Positions 1 to 13,555 of a stretch of 64,000 nucleotides of DNA are shown piece by piece. Both the position numbers and the translations under genes were made by a program. The DNA lies in contig NC_068983.1 of NCBI RefSeq assembly GCF_001194135.2, forward strand, positions 101,296,465 through 101,360,464. The letters are read 5' to 3'. Every line of letters starts with the position of its first letter. The stretch's first letter is position 1. The notes under the pieces were generated by a model, which saw nothing but the letters and a program-made list of their open reading frames with translations, made no database searches and was not told where the DNA came from. Origin of the DNA: Octopus bimaculoides (Eukaryota).

Positions 1-260
1 GCCCTTCATATAAATAGAAGCATTCATAACCAGTTAGATCGTCTGAATGTGGTTACCCTGCATGCTAGAAATAGCAGCCAAATTCTCGTTTCCTTCAAAT
101 CACACCCTACAACCTTAAAAACGACACATTGAATAATATTGATCTTTGATGTGTGTCGCGGGGCTGCACAAAACAGTCACATGGTTATCTCCCTTACACT
201 TATTTAAAAGTATTAGAGAAACACGTTTACAAGACTACAGCATGAACGTATCATGTTTAG

Positions 261-406
261 AAGTTCATGGGCAGCCCACGGGGCGTGTGACTTTCTGAAT
301 GACATATCCAATGGAAAATCACCATGAATTTTTCAGTAGTGCGGCCCACCAGATGATGAGCCATGTTCCGTGCGGGCCACTTCTTGAGAAAGGTTGTCCA
401 TGCCTG
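261..406. mobile_element. Degenerate hAT-type MITE
   Basis: Right end AGGTTGTCCATGCCTG (reverse complement CAGGCATGGACAACC) with internal GCGGCCC motifs; left end degenerate; similar to 59614-59758. Confidence 0.4.
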
Positions 407-1089
407 ATTTATATATTTTTCTATAAAAGTCTATTTTTCAGTAGAAGTGAATTCCAGCTTTGTCTCATTGTTTAATATTCTCAGTCTTTTTATTTGTAGA
501 AAAAAAAATGTCAGTTTGTTTATTCATCCTCTACTGACCTATACAGTTGTTCTTAATCATTTTTCTCTTCGTACCAGTAAATAAACATGCTTCTGACGCG
601 CATAGTTCTTTGTAATAAGGTTTTTAATTGTTCCATCAAAAAGGAAAATTATCGATTTCTTTCATTGTGGCAGTCTGCAATAGAGCTTCAGAGTTAACTA
701 ACATCTCAGAGACGCCAACATTAAAATTAAAACTGTGTGATTGATGGTGATAAGCTCTTTGTTTTTCTTCTTGCAAAGCTGATCGATTCCGTTCAACATT
801 ATCACCAAAACAAGTAGTAAACGTTCCTGTATCTTATAATTAAGCCCTTAAGCAAGACTGATCTTATTAGACATTAAATAGGATTCTACTAGTTAAATTC
901 ATCAATAGATTTCTAAGGAGGTTTATATCTGAATTTCTTCACTCTTCCTTGTAATAATCTGCTAACGATCAATTTATAAGGCACAATAAAATTATAAACT
1001 TATTATTTTGTAAATGTTCTAAGTTTAAATGACATGCAAATTAGAGTGTGCTGGAAAGTAACTTATTTTCATTGCATATATATTTTTCT

Positions 1090-1253
1090 TCTGCGGGATG
1101 GTTGATGTTAGGAAGGGCATCCAGCCTTAAAAAAAACATGCCAAAACAGACACAGAAGTCTGGTGCAGTCTTCTGTCTTGGCCAGCTCCTGTCAATCCGT
1201 CCAAACTATGCCAGTATGGAAAGCGGACGTTAAACGATGATGATGGTGGTGAT
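1090..1253 (+). mobile_element. RTE LINE 3' terminal fragment with (GAT)n tail
   Basis: Matches the 3' end of the RTE copy at 17113-18851 (GGAAGGGCATCCAGC...GGACGTTAAACGATGATGATG). Confidence 0.75.
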
Positions 1254-2547
1254 CTTGCGGGGAGGTTTCGAATTGACCGCTAGAGTAGAATCCTTGAGAG
1301 AAAGGTAAAGGCGGTGGTAACTTAATACTGAGGTGGGCTAATTAATGGCGTATATGTTTTTTGCATTTAAATTTCTAAGATGTTGGGAAAATATATTAGA
1401 GCGTCTGCCATTGACTAAAATCCTGTCTAGGAAAATAGTCGTCTTTTTTCCCATGAGCTCAGAACTTGGCAGAGCAAGTCGTCGTAATGCCCCATAAAAT
1501 TTAGAAGAAATTAAGTACAAAGGCTGTAAACAAAATTTCTGTTACATGTGGTGACTTTACGTATCTCTATAATCGTATTGTTACAGACTATGTGGAAAAC
1601 TTGTATTTCTACAAACTTTTTACCATTTATTGCTATTATTCTCTTAAGGAATATAAAGACATCTGACTTTGACAACACAATGTGATGCTTTCCACATTCG
1701 AAGTCAGAAAAGCATAAATTACATAGCTCTCCTAACACATAATTTAGCAGAATTTACCATAATTTTGATGATTTTCTTTTATTATTGTGACTTCTCTGCA
1801 TGTAGAAGTGTTGAATTGTAATTCTGTTTTCTGTTTCCTAAAGACCATTAATATTTAATGATTTTAAATGTTATTAAACAGTTACAACTCATAGGGTGAC
1901 CATGTTGGTAGGAGGATATTTCGAAAGTGACTATGGCTTTAAAACAATTTTTTTTGATCTAAAGAAGGAATTTCTAATCTAGATTTTCTACATTGTCCAA
2001 TTGCCTGGCATATTAAAACATAGTTACTCTGGAAAAATACTCTTTCCACCATAGGTATATCAGGAAATACGACTTCCTTACAATAATTACAATTTAAATT
2101 TTTTTATCAAAGGTCTTGGTATTTATACAAAATAGCGAAAGTATTTGTTACTTTAAATATCTCATTTGTATAAGTCCTCTCATACCTAGTATGCACACAT
2201 TGCCGATGACAAGACAGTCAACAGGAAACATGTTATTATTACAATAGGTTCAGCTAAGATTCCCTATACAAAGTCTTCTTTGACTATTTAAGATGTATGA
2301 TCCTATGGAACATGAGGAAGAAATGTGATCAAAATACAGCAATACTATTGAAAGAAGGGGGCAAAGTCAACATTTGCACCTATATTAAACCCTATATGTC
2401 GTTTACACTCTCTCCCTGACTCTATGATGTAAAACGTGACTGAAGAAATCAATTAACCAACATTTATATCGGCTATTTAATTATATTGCGATATTTTATG
2501 AGAAAGCGACAATACAGTGTGATCGCTAATATTTTTTAATCATTTAA

Positions 2548-2758
2548 AGCGGCGAGCTGGTAGAATCGTTAGCTTGCCGGGTAAAATGCTTACGGCATTT
2601 CACCCATCTTTACGATCTAAGTTCAAATTCTTTCGTGGTCTACTTCGTCTTTCATCCTTTTAGAGTCGATAAAATAAGTACCAGTTGTGCATTAGGATCG
2701 ATGTAATTGAATTACTCCCTCCCCCTGACTTGATGGCCTTGTGCCAAAATTTGAAATC
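2548..2758 (+). mobile_element. tRNA-derived SINE, family A
   Basis: Head GGCGAGCTGGTAGAATCGTTAG (A box) and GTTCAAATTC (B box), followed by CTTTCATCCTTT..GTCGATAAAATAAGTACCAG; several copies in the window. Confidence 0.8.
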
Positions 2759-3019
2759 AGTATTTTATAATCATCGGTTTAGTTGGAGTCTAAAAGGAAT
2801 TTGAGAAAGTATCCACACATTTCTTATGAAATAAAATTTAGATTTAAATTATGTGAATTAAACACAAAAAAAGATTAAATGTTTTATAGGTTGATTTGTC
2901 AATATCTGCACATGTATGACTCGTTAGGTCGGATATTGATATCTTACATAGATACAAGGCCACATTTTTTTCTTTTTTCTTTATAAGAAGTATAGTCGAT
3001 AATATCAATTCTACTACGT

Positions 3020-3165
3020 GACTGAATTCTATACATCGATCCTTACCGAACGAAAAGACAAAGCCACTCTCAACAAGATTCGAGCTCAGGATGGGATGGG
3101 GACGCAAGAAAACACCGCAAAACATTTTGTCTGCTACTCTACCGATTCTGCCAATCGAATACCCC
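3020..3165 (-). mobile_element. Old, diverged SINE family A copy
   Basis: Collinear but degenerate match to the reverse complement of 2548-2700. Confidence 0.5.
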
Positions 3166-3242
3166 TTTGCGTTGATACTGATAACTACATTTGCATCTCA
3201 AATACTTCTTTCGTACATGGGTGATGCAAAATATTTATTTCT

Positions 3243-3436
3243 TTATTGCCCACAGGGGGCTAAACATAGAGGGGACAAAGGGATTAAGTCGATTACATCG
3301 ACTCTAGTGCGTAACTGGTACTTATTTAATCGATCCCGAAAGGATGAAAGGCAAAGTCGACCTCAGTGGAATTTGAACTCAGACGAAATACCGCTAAGCA
3401 TTTCGCCCGGAGTGCTAACGATTTTGCCAGCTCGCC
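3243..3436 (-). mobile_element. tRNA-derived SINE, family A
   Basis: Reverse-complement match to 2548-2700 (GGATGAAAGGCAAAGTCGACCTC..AATTTGAACTCAG..GCCAGCTCGCC). Confidence 0.8.
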
Positions 3437-4199
3437 ATTGATGCAAAATATTAGGTGATGTTTAATCACATGTCCCCAATAATGTGTGACAATTAACCAT
3501 TTGATCAATGAGTCATTGCATGTCTAGATAAAATATTACAATGGCAGATATATCAAGAAAAGAAATACTGAGAATATTTTCAAATATATCGTAGAGCAAA
3601 GATATAGTTTGAAGTAGGAATTCATACATTTCATTCAACATATTCTTTGGTAACAGATAATTCAATATTAGGAAGAAGAAAATTGAGATTACAGAAATTC
3701 ATTTTGAATGGTTGCCATACAGGAAATAAAAAATGGGTCAAAAAGGAGTTGAATATTGATTATTTTCTGAAACACTGCAAGTAGAAAATAGAAGATTCAT
3801 ATGTCAAAAGGGAAAAAAAGTGTTTTCATTAATTTTTCTTCTTTTTTTGTGTAAATATGTTTTGCTTTTACGTAAAAAATTTTCTTACCAGTAAGAGCCT
3901 GTTTCCAACCCAGAAACAAGCACTTATCACTGAAATTTTATCATCAATTATATATGCATGTAAGTATTCTTGCAGGAATACGGGTATGCAGTGCCATCTT
4001 AAAGCATGTTTACACTGGTCTAAGGACCAATGCTAATCGATGCTGTTGCTTTTATCAGTATATAAATTGTATAGGCCCCAGTGCATTGCTTTTCCATGGG
4101 CTCTATAATACTGCTATGACTGCTCTACATGTATATGTACATGCACATGCATGCACTTGTAATCTATGAACTGTATGCATACTATTGACGTCTTGCATA

Positions 4200-6020
4200 T
4201 TTTAACAACTCTTTCAATTGTAATTTCTTAATTAACTGTATCCTTTTTGGCTTTGTATGGGCCAGCTTTTCAAAATTGGTTCTACTAACCAAGTACACTA
4301 ATAATCATTGGTATAAATGTAAAGCTATAGTCTGGTGTAGTATCTGCAGACTTCTTATTAGTTCAGTATAGATGGTCCATTTTCTTTTATTCCTAACATT
4401 GTTAATATCTATTGGTCAGATGATATCTGCCTTTGTGTACCCTTTGTTTTCTCTGTCCCAGATTCATATCTCAAGTCTGTTATACCTCCATTTTACATGG
4501 GTTTTGACAGGAACACTTCACCAGTATTCTTTCTTATTATGTGTGTGTCCATCACATCATTATAACTTATATTTTTATATTCAAGACCATCCTTTCCACA
4601 GATTGCCTTGTTTAGTGTGATGGACAGTACATCATGTCTCATAGGTTTTGTGATGATAACATTTTTGAGCAACTACTTATGATATAGGTTACATCTTTGG
4701 TGTTAATTCTACAATCTGCATCTGTTGTCACATGCTTTGCGTATCCATATCCCTTTTATGCATCAAGTATTTTGTTGCTATTTCTAGTTTCTGGATTGTG
4801 AAAGCACTCTCTTCAAAGTGAGGATTAATATACCAGTTGTTGACTTTTAATAAACTGTCCTTGTTAGTTGTTATTATCTCTCTAAAATAATCTGACATAA
4901 AACTGCAAATGACCTGTTTGCTACAGTAAAGCTGAGTAACATCCATGGTTGTGTATCTCTTGCCACCAGTTAAGAATACTTTGTGAGGCTCTGTTTTAAT
5001 TTTCATACATGTAAACTTAATCCATTAATGTACTTCAGTGTTTTATGATAAGTAGATGCTATCAAAGGTAAAATGCTGTGATATTCAAAAGATGTTTTGA
5101 TCTGGTTAGCAAAAGCTGTCAAAGAGTATATGTTGTGGTATTCAAAGGTTGTTTGACTCTATGTTAAACATCTACTTCCATGTTTTTGTTTTGAGTAGAG
5201 GTGGTCAATAGATATTTATTGATATGAAAATTTCGTTTTGGGGTAGAGGCTGTCAATAGTTGTTGATGTAAAAGTTTCTGGTTGTTTTTGAGTTTTGATA
5301 TAACCACCTGAATCTCTTCTGGTGTCCGGTTGAGTAACCCAAATGTTGAGATGAGTATTAGTGCAGTAAGCACATTGTGGGCCAATAATTTATTGTTTAC
5401 AGAAAGCTCTGGAGATGCCTTCCCCACTTGTTGCACATTCCTTGTTAGAAGTTTCTGTTTACAATTATGAAGAAACACTCATCCTGGCCAAACTCTGTCC
5501 CTATATTGTTTACAAAGCCATACCTAGGTCAAAACTCCTGTTCATACCATTCATATTTTTGGCATATACTTTCAGGTCATTCACAAACAATCTTGTGACA
5601 GTTTTGTGTTTCTGTCCTCTGGTGAGCCAATCATGTCCTTCACATTACCTCAACAAAAAGAATAAGGGATTCACTGCAATTATAAGCACTATCAGAGACA
5701 TGCTGTTTCTTTAAAATACATCCCTCTTATACTTTATCCTATCAGAGACAATATGTTTGATTTCAACCAAGTTGTCTATGGTCTTGATTATGATCTCTGG
5801 AACTTAAGCAAGTCAAAGTGTCTGTAGCATCCATAATTAAAATAGAATTGAATGCTTTCTTGTAATTAAGTCAGGCTATAACAAAATTCCTCCTATTATG
5901 TTGCACCTCTCATATACTTTTATTGATCAGAAGCTGCTCAACACATTCAGAGCCACCTTTCTTCGCTGTTGTTTATTCAGCCGTAATGATATTGTTATTG
6001 TCACAGTAATCCTGAAGGAA
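4200..6020 (-). mobile_element. Decayed non-LTR retrotransposon with RT and restriction-like endonuclease (R4/Dong-like)
   Basis: Minus-strand fragments with stops and frameshifts: RDVF*RNSMSLIVLIIAVNPLFFLL (RGIFQGDSLSP region), LFVNDLKVYAK (YxDD region), NIGTEFGQDEC, HFEESAFTIQKLEIATKYL, YNRLEI*IWDRENK (PD-type REL region). Confidence 0.75.
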
Positions 6021-6034
6021 TAGCAGATAGGCTC

Positions 6035-6590
6035 TATGTGTGTGTATAAAAATACAAAATGGGACAAGAACGTAAAACATCCAGACAGTTAGGTGATACC
6101 AGAAAGGGACAATAAAACATCCAGATAGACGATACAAAGAAAACAAGGATGGGTCATTCAGAGTTTTCTTTCCTCAGTCGAGTTCCAGATTATTCTTGCT
6201 ATTTCGGCTGGTTATACTCGAGATTGCTCCAATCTGGCCAGCCCCAAGGAAAAACTAAGCTAAGTGCATTAGATTCCTTGGAAGAAAGCAGCAAATGTAT
6301 ATGAAAACAAGGACGGAAAAAAAAACGAAGAATGTTAGACAAATACAAATAACAGGACATAACAACAGGTGTCTTTCAACTAAGGACGAATTAAATTAAG
6401 CTGGCGTGTGTGGAAATAAAGCCTTACGGCAGGGATACAAGATTTCACAGGCACAGGGAGTAATATAGATGTTGCACGGACGACAGTCGAACCAAGAAAG
6501 AAAGATCAAGCTTGGCCGAACACCGGTCACGTGGAGAGAGGAGGTAGAGGGACAGAAGAATTAAGGAGGGGCGAGAAAAATGTGTGTGTT
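6035..6590. repeat. Unclassified interspersed repeat, CpG-retaining
   Basis: Markedly more CpG and purine-rich than its flanks, with an internal short direct duplication (AAAACATCCAGA twice); no ORF. Confidence 0.4.
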
Positions 6591-8429
6591 ATATTAAGTT
6601 CCCTATGTGAATAGTATTTTTTGTAGCAGATTTGCTTATGCAAATCTTTGCCAGCTTGATATATTTACATCACCACTGAGAGCTTGAATGATAATGGTCA
6701 ATGAAATACCCACCCACTAGAAGGTTAGAGTTTTCTTTTTTATACCAATGTCCAACAATCAAGTCTGTTTCTGCTGCTTACTTTTGCTGAAGATTTTGTA
6801 TCACAGTCTCAAGGATATCACCATTGATACTTCTCCATATTCCTTCAAGCCACACTGCATTTTGGTTACACTTAGAATGAATCCAGATTTTCACTAGAAG
6901 ATGCATTTGGGGTTTTTATTAATTCTTCCTTAATTTCTTCCTTGACAGCGAATTATCAGGTCATTAAGAATGAAATGTCCAATTTTGATCTGAAAGTTTA
7001 TTTTACTCTATCTCAACAAAAAGCAATGCAGTTAATCAAAGTATGCACCATTCTTAATGACCTGATTGTTTCAACTGAATTTCTTGTTACTTATTTTTCT
7101 TTTACCTACTCTCCTCTAATGCCAGATTTTCTTGCTTATATCTTCTAACATCAATTAAATGATAAATTTATATTCAAGTGTTCTTTTGTTCCTGTCTTCA
7201 TACATATATTTTTTTCATTTTTATTTTTTGTTGTTGTCAAGAATTGTAACTAATTGTTTACATTTGATAAGTATCACCACTAAACTGATAGTCTTCTAAA
7301 AGATCAACAACCTTTTTTCCCATTTTTCATGATGTCATTTTTCAAATTGCTTTGCTTTGTTTACTTCTATAGTTTATTCAAAATACTGTATAACAGTTAT
7401 AAAACAGGAATATAAGTAAGTGCTTATTTTACAGTGAGATGATTCATCACTTTGTTAAAAAAATTCAATCCTAATATTATTGATCTCTGTTAACATCAAC
7501 TCAGTAAGTCAAATATGTACTGTCGTGTAGCAGGGATTTAGAATAAAATAACCTTGTCTTGAAACATTTCATTGGAAACTCTTTTAGTTCATGATACATG
7601 TATTATTGTAGCTGCTACTATCGACATTAGCAGCTAGATATGAGTAGATGGTCAGTCTTACTGCTGTTATTGGCATCAGCATATGTGTTCTTGAACCATG
7701 TTTTATTTACTGTCATTTGTGCTTTATTCTCATTTTTGTGAATAGAATCACAATCAACTTGCCTCTTACATTAAGCATGTCGTTTGTTGGCATAAGGTTT
7801 TTCTTTTTGTGTGTGTCATAAAAATTAGCTCTGAGTATATTTTCATTCTTTTCATGTAGCCTACAGTAGGATTTTTTTCCCCATTTTTCATCATTTTATA
7901 GCAATTACATAAATTATTATTGAGTTCATAACTCAAAGAAAATTGCACTTATAGTTCTGATTTCTTCCTATAACTACAACAAATTAAATTCTTATGATTT
8001 TGGTCTTTCCTCCAATGTTGATGTATCCTGCTGATGTTAGTGATTCTCTGCACAGTGAATTCAAGTTTGAGATTAATATTACTATGATCTTGAATTAAAG
8101 GTTTCTTCAATCAATGTGATCAAAAGAACAGCCAGTTATTTATTAAAGTTAATAATTGTGGCTTTTATGTTGTAAATTCAATGAACAGTCTTTCATACCA
8201 ATTAATCTATGTGCATGCTTGTGTGTATGTATGTGTATGTGTGTGTTATCTCTTAGCTTTCTTTTTTAACAAAGCACCATCACTAAATTTGGATAACAAC
8301 AGTGATAAAGAATTACATGTTAAACTTTAGAAAAATTTTGCATATATTTATTGTTCCACATACAAATTGCATGTGATGACTTTGACTAAAAATCCCAACT
8401 TTTCTAGATTGCAACTTAAACATTTACTA

Positions 8430-8560
8430 ACTTAGCCAAGAGCACCAATAATTATAGATATAAATATGAATGTATAACCTGAATAGAAATTTTTGTTCAT
8501 GAATATATACTTTTTCATTGACTTTTGAAAGAAGTATTCACATCTGCAGGACAGCTGACC
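8430..8560 (-). mobile_element. C-terminal REL endonuclease fragment of the same R4/Dong-like LINE family
   Basis: Minus strand encodes EVSCPADVNTSFK and, after a frameshift, YSGYTFIFISIIIGALG, typical of the REL C-terminus (E.SCP.D.N ... PIIIGALG). Confidence 0.6.
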
Positions 8561-8601
8561 TCTAAAACTATACATATTATTGATTTTTTTTGGTGGGGGG
8601 G

Positions 8602-8677
8602 NNNNNNNNNNNNNNNNNNNNNNNNNNNNNNNNNNNNNNNNNNNNNNNNNNNNNNNNNNNNNNNNNNNNNNNNNNNN
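8602..8677. other. Assembly gap (N run) flanked by poly-G
   Basis: Ns in the sequence. Confidence 1.
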
Positions 8678-9532
8678 GGGGGGGTTGTCCACAACAACTA
8701 CCTGTGATGCTTGCACTTAGAAATTTTGATGGGAATGTTGCACCAATATTCCTTACATATGAATGCATACATGATATGTTGGTTTTATGTTTGTTTTTTG
8801 TAGTCAGCATGGGTTAGACATGCTGGCAAGGTTTTATAGTAGAATGCCCTTCTTGTCACTAACCCTTATCTGCTTTTCAAGTAAAGGATCTCATGTTCTA
8901 CACATCTTCAGAAATGCAAAGCAAGCTGGGGATTAGTTGACAGAAGTGACAACGACACTGCTTGTAATGAGCAACTTTTCTAGAGTGCAAATGTAAACAC
9001 ACACACACACACACGCATGCATGCGTGCAAGGCAGCATGGAAGACAGATGTAAATTATTATTATGATACCTATTTAAGATGATATTGTATAATTTTAAGA
9101 TGAATTGTCTGTTTTTCTAGCATGTTGAGTGGCCACATTGAGGCTCACTTGTAGGCTCAAGTATTCAAGCTTTTGCTGTAAATCCAGTCGTTAGACACAA
9201 GTACTGAGTCTTCTTGGTGATGCCTCCTATCTCTCATTTGCATCATACTGATGAACCTTCTCAATGTCATAGTTATAGATTAGATGAAAGCAGTGGATGA
9301 TAAAATTGCTAGTCACTGGATAAAATGCCTTTCATCATTTGATTACATCCGTTTACACATTGACTTCAAATCCTGTAAAATATGGCATTGTCTTTCATCC
9401 TTCTAAAATAAGTGCCAGTCAAGTATGAGAGTATCCATAGCACTTTTCTTCAAAATGTATGATTATGTGTCTGTGTTAGAAAACAGTGTAATCAGTTTAT
9501 GTGTATTATTGTTTTATCTGGTTCTTTTCTTT

Positions 9533-9778
9533 TCATCATTGTCATCATCATCATTACCATCCTTTAACATCCGTTTCCCATGCTGGCATAGGTAGGATGG
9601 TTTGACCAGAGCTGGCAGGCTGGAGAGCTGCATCAGGTTCCAGTCTGATTTGGCTTGGTTTCTATGGTTGGATGCCCTTTCTAATAATGTCAACCATGTG
9701 CTGGTTGCTTTTAACGTAGCACTGCACAAGTGCTTTTACATGGTACCAGCACATGTGCTGTTTATGTGGCACCAGCAC
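9533..9778 (-). mobile_element. RTE LINE 3' terminal fragment
   Basis: (CAT)n followed by TTTAACATCCGTTTCCCATGCTGGC, the reverse complement of the RTE tail. Confidence 0.75.
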
Positions 9779-11540
9779 AGGACTCTTGCAGATCAATCCT
9801 CTTCAGCAGGGGGAGTGGCCTTAACGCTTCTGTTATGGAGGACGGATCTTTTTGAGTACTATAAGGCTATTTTCTCCTTTAGTGTCAGGACTCTTGTTCC
9901 AAGATAAAACACATTTTTCTTGGCTATTCTTCATTTTAATAACTGCTAACTTGCAGCATTTTCACTTGCAATATAAAGGATTTATATCCTTTGTATATTT
10001 GACCATATGTTATTCTCAGTCATTATCATAAATCATAAAACTTCAGTTCTTTCATGTTTATAAATAATGTATAGTTCTCCCCCCCCCCCTCCATCGACTA
10101 CTGCTTTTTATCCAACTTCTCATCTTCTTTCATCCATTATATGGCCTCTCCTTGGTGGAAACTCTTTCAAGCAAAATGATTGTTAGCTTTTTGGTTTTGG
10201 TGTTAACAGCCTGTCAATTTTATGTCCATATGTTTCTAACAATGCTTTTTGTATGGCTTGGTTTTCAGCCTTTATTTCTTTTATCCATTATTTCACAGAA
10301 CAAATAGTGTTATTCTGCACCCCTGCTTTGTGTGTGTGGGGGAGGGTGTGTGTGCGTGCATGTGTGTTTGTGCATATGCATGTGTGTAAGAAATGGAATT
10401 GCAACTTGTTCCTTTATTCTGTGAAACTGCATCCTTGCTCTGTTCATCATTCTAGTGTGTGATTAATGCTCGGTTGAGGTTTTGATTTATATAGAATTTA
10501 TCCCAGTTAATTCATATTATTATTCTCCTACAACCCATGTATGTAACACTTCAAACAAAGGCTATCTTAACTATGGAACAAAATCTCAGGAAATAATCTA
10601 TTATAGACAACATTGTTCATTTACATTATTTGTATGACAACATTGTCATCATTATCATCATCATTTTCCTACATTTGCTTTCCATGCTCTTCATGGGTTG
10701 AACATGGTTCAACTCATTTCTTATTGAGAGCTACTGCTCATGGTGCTTATATATTTTCTTGACTTGTATAGCAATATGCCCTTCCTATTGCCAATAGGAG
10801 TGTTTACAGAGTGTTTTGGGTGTGCTTACTTGTGGTATCAACAATAGAGATGTTGAATATTCATATATGTTAGAATCTAAACGTCAGTGTATAAATTCAT
10901 AGGGATATTGGGTTCAAATCTAACCATCTGTTTTTTTCTTTGATATGATAAGGATGTAGCCCTATGTACTAAAATTTACTAGATCATTACCATTATAGAC
11001 TATAGTGGAATAATAATATAAATAATGTTTTGTGAGAGCATTTTTGCTCTTTAGATACATTTGAATAGAAACTGGAAGTAGTTTGAATAAAAGCTAATGC
11101 TAGCAGAATGATAAGTAGATGAAAATATTCAGATTGAAAGAAAGAAACAGGTTAGTAAAAGATTTGTATAGGTATTTCCAACAATAAAGCAAACCACTCC
11201 TTATAAAGATATATATATAGAGAGAGAGAAAGCAGACTGCCTGGCAGTCCCATTCAAGCAAATTTATGTCACACAGTTAGAGCAGTAGTGGCAGTTTGAA
11301 GCAGTTATTGGGTTACTGGAGTCAGAGACAGTAAAAGTTCTTTGGATTTTTTTTTTATGTAACCTTTTCTACTTATACTGTAATAAATTTTGAATCCATT
11401 ACAATATAATTTTTAATTCATTTAATGTCATCTTTCATATGTTTGCTTAAATTTTATATATAAACAATGCTTTAATCATGAAATAGAAAAGAAATAAATT
11501 CTAATTGAGTATATTTCTTATAAAATTATTATGAAATCAT

Positions 11541-11921
11541 AGTTATGGCCAATGCCAGATCCGGCTGACTGGCACCTGTGCTGGTGGCATGTAAAAAGCA
11601 CCATTCGAGCATTGGGCCTCATGGAGGCAGTGACAGGTAACCATGACCCTTGGCGATATACTGTGCTTGTATTGACCTGTCAAGCCAAGTGAGACCATAG
11701 TTGTGACCAGTGCCGGTGTCAAGTCAGTGGCACATAAAAAGCTCCCACTACACTCTCAGAGTGGTTGGTGTTAGGAAGGGCATTCAGCCATAGAAACTTT
11801 GCCAAATCAGATTGGAACCTAGTGCAGCTCCCCCCCCCCCCCAGCTAATCAGTATTCAGTCAAACCGTCCAACCCATGCCTGCATGGAAAGTGGACGTTA
11901 AACAATGATGATGATGTTGAT
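11541..11921 (+). mobile_element. RTE LINE 3' UTR fragment with (GAT)n tail
   Basis: Shares the GTAAAAAGCACC repeat units and terminal GGACGTTAAACAATGATG with 18430-18851. Confidence 0.75.
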
Positions 11922-13184
11922 TTGTTGAGTTGCATTAGTTCTCTTTTAGTTTTAACTTTGATGTATTTTAGATTTTCCAATTGATAAAAAATAATGTTCT
12001 TTATTTTCTTTTATAACATTTTCATGGTTTATTTTCTATATGCTTTTACTACAACAGCCTTTTTAAAAAATTTTGTTTTGTCTGGTGTTTGTAACTTCTA
12101 ATATTTAAGAATCCACAACAGCATTTCTGCTGTAGCCCTTAAATCTAAAATTTAGTAGGTTATAGTGCTTAATGGAAGCTTCTTGATTTACATTGTGTGC
12201 TTTTTAATTAATGTAAACAATATGTGATTAGTCTTAATTATAAAAAATGGAATTGGAGTTAATAGTACCCTAAACTGATGAGTCAGAGTCAAAGGTTTTG
12301 TGTACTGACTCCACAGCCCTCCACATTCGAGTAGTTATACAGATTCAGCATTTCAGGTGTTCTGTGCCTTTGTATTGCTGAGGACTGTAATACCTGGTGT
12401 GTTCTTTTATGTGATGGTTTATGAGCTTTTTTAATGTTCAGTTATGGATTTGACTTGAGCAGTGTATTTGTTCCAGTTTTGAAATGGTGGGATTAGTTTG
12501 GAGATTTGGTGCTATTACTTGTAAGTCAAGTGATTGCATAAAGGCTCTCTTGATTTGCAAACAGATTTTATATTTATCTTCATGTCTTTCAAGTGTGTGA
12601 AGTGCTTTCAAATTTCAAATCAGATTGCCAGGATTTGTTTTATATCTCAAATGATAAAAGGTACTATTATGGTCAGTGGATATGAGAAAGGAAAAGAAAG
12701 TGTTGCTATGAGAAGTTTCTCTACAACAGTTTTAAATTGGGCAGTGAGAAGCTGCTTTTAGTCAAGCCAAGAAAAGGGCTTGCAATAGATATTATTTGGG
12801 AATAATAAGAAAATATAAACTTTCAGGCAGAGTTACCACTTAACTATTTACAAATATAAGAGGACTGTACAACAGAAAATAAAATTCAGTTAAATATTGA
12901 CATGACTTAAAAAATCATAGCAAGTTTAATTCAGGATTTACAATTTCAATCTAAAAATAAAGATATGTTTTTCCATGAGACTTTTCAGGAGATGCATTTA
13001 TCAAAGAGCAAATAAAACTTTACTTTTAATTATTTTATAAATGGAATCAATAGTCTTATTGTGCAGTGGTACTACTTAGTTATATATAAGGAGTTTAGAA
13101 TTTCCTGGTTAATTCTGTTCTCAGCATTTTGACCTTGAAGGATGAAAAGTGATAGAATTGGGTATTTGAAGGAAGCTCTCTTCT

Positions 13185-13555
13185 CAACTGTGGTCTGTGG
13201 TCTCAGTCTCACTCTGCCGCACCGTGGGCAAGTGTCTTCAACTATAGTCCCCAGCTAATCAAAACCTTATTTGAGAAATAAAAACTGAGAAAAGCCCATC
13301 CTATATAGATATATTTGTGAATACATGTATGTGTGTGTTTTGTGTGAGTCCCCTACCATTGCTTGACTACCAGTGTTGGTTTGTTTACATCCCCATAACG
13401 TAGCAGTTTGACAAAAGATACTGATAGGATATGTACTAGTCTTAAAAATAAAAATATATACTAGGGTTGATTTGTTTGATTAAACCCATCGAAGCATTGC
13501 CTTAGTATGGCCACAGTCCAATGACTAAAACAAGTAAAAGATAGAAGATAAAGCC
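13185..13555 (+). mobile_element. Diverged composite SINE (family B head, family C tail)
   Basis: GGGCAAGTGTCTTCAACTATAG core, then ...GTTTACATCCCCATAAC...ATGACTAAAACAAGTAAAAG tail. Confidence 0.65.

Noticed and set aside
1338-1738. Two adjacent protein-like minus-strand ORFs
   Set aside because: No recognisable motif or convincing splice structure; probably decayed TE or chance.
2548-2640. tRNA genes at SINE heads (also 27435 and about 27970)
   Set aside because: A/B boxes are present but no cloverleaf can be formed, and they continue into SINE bodies.
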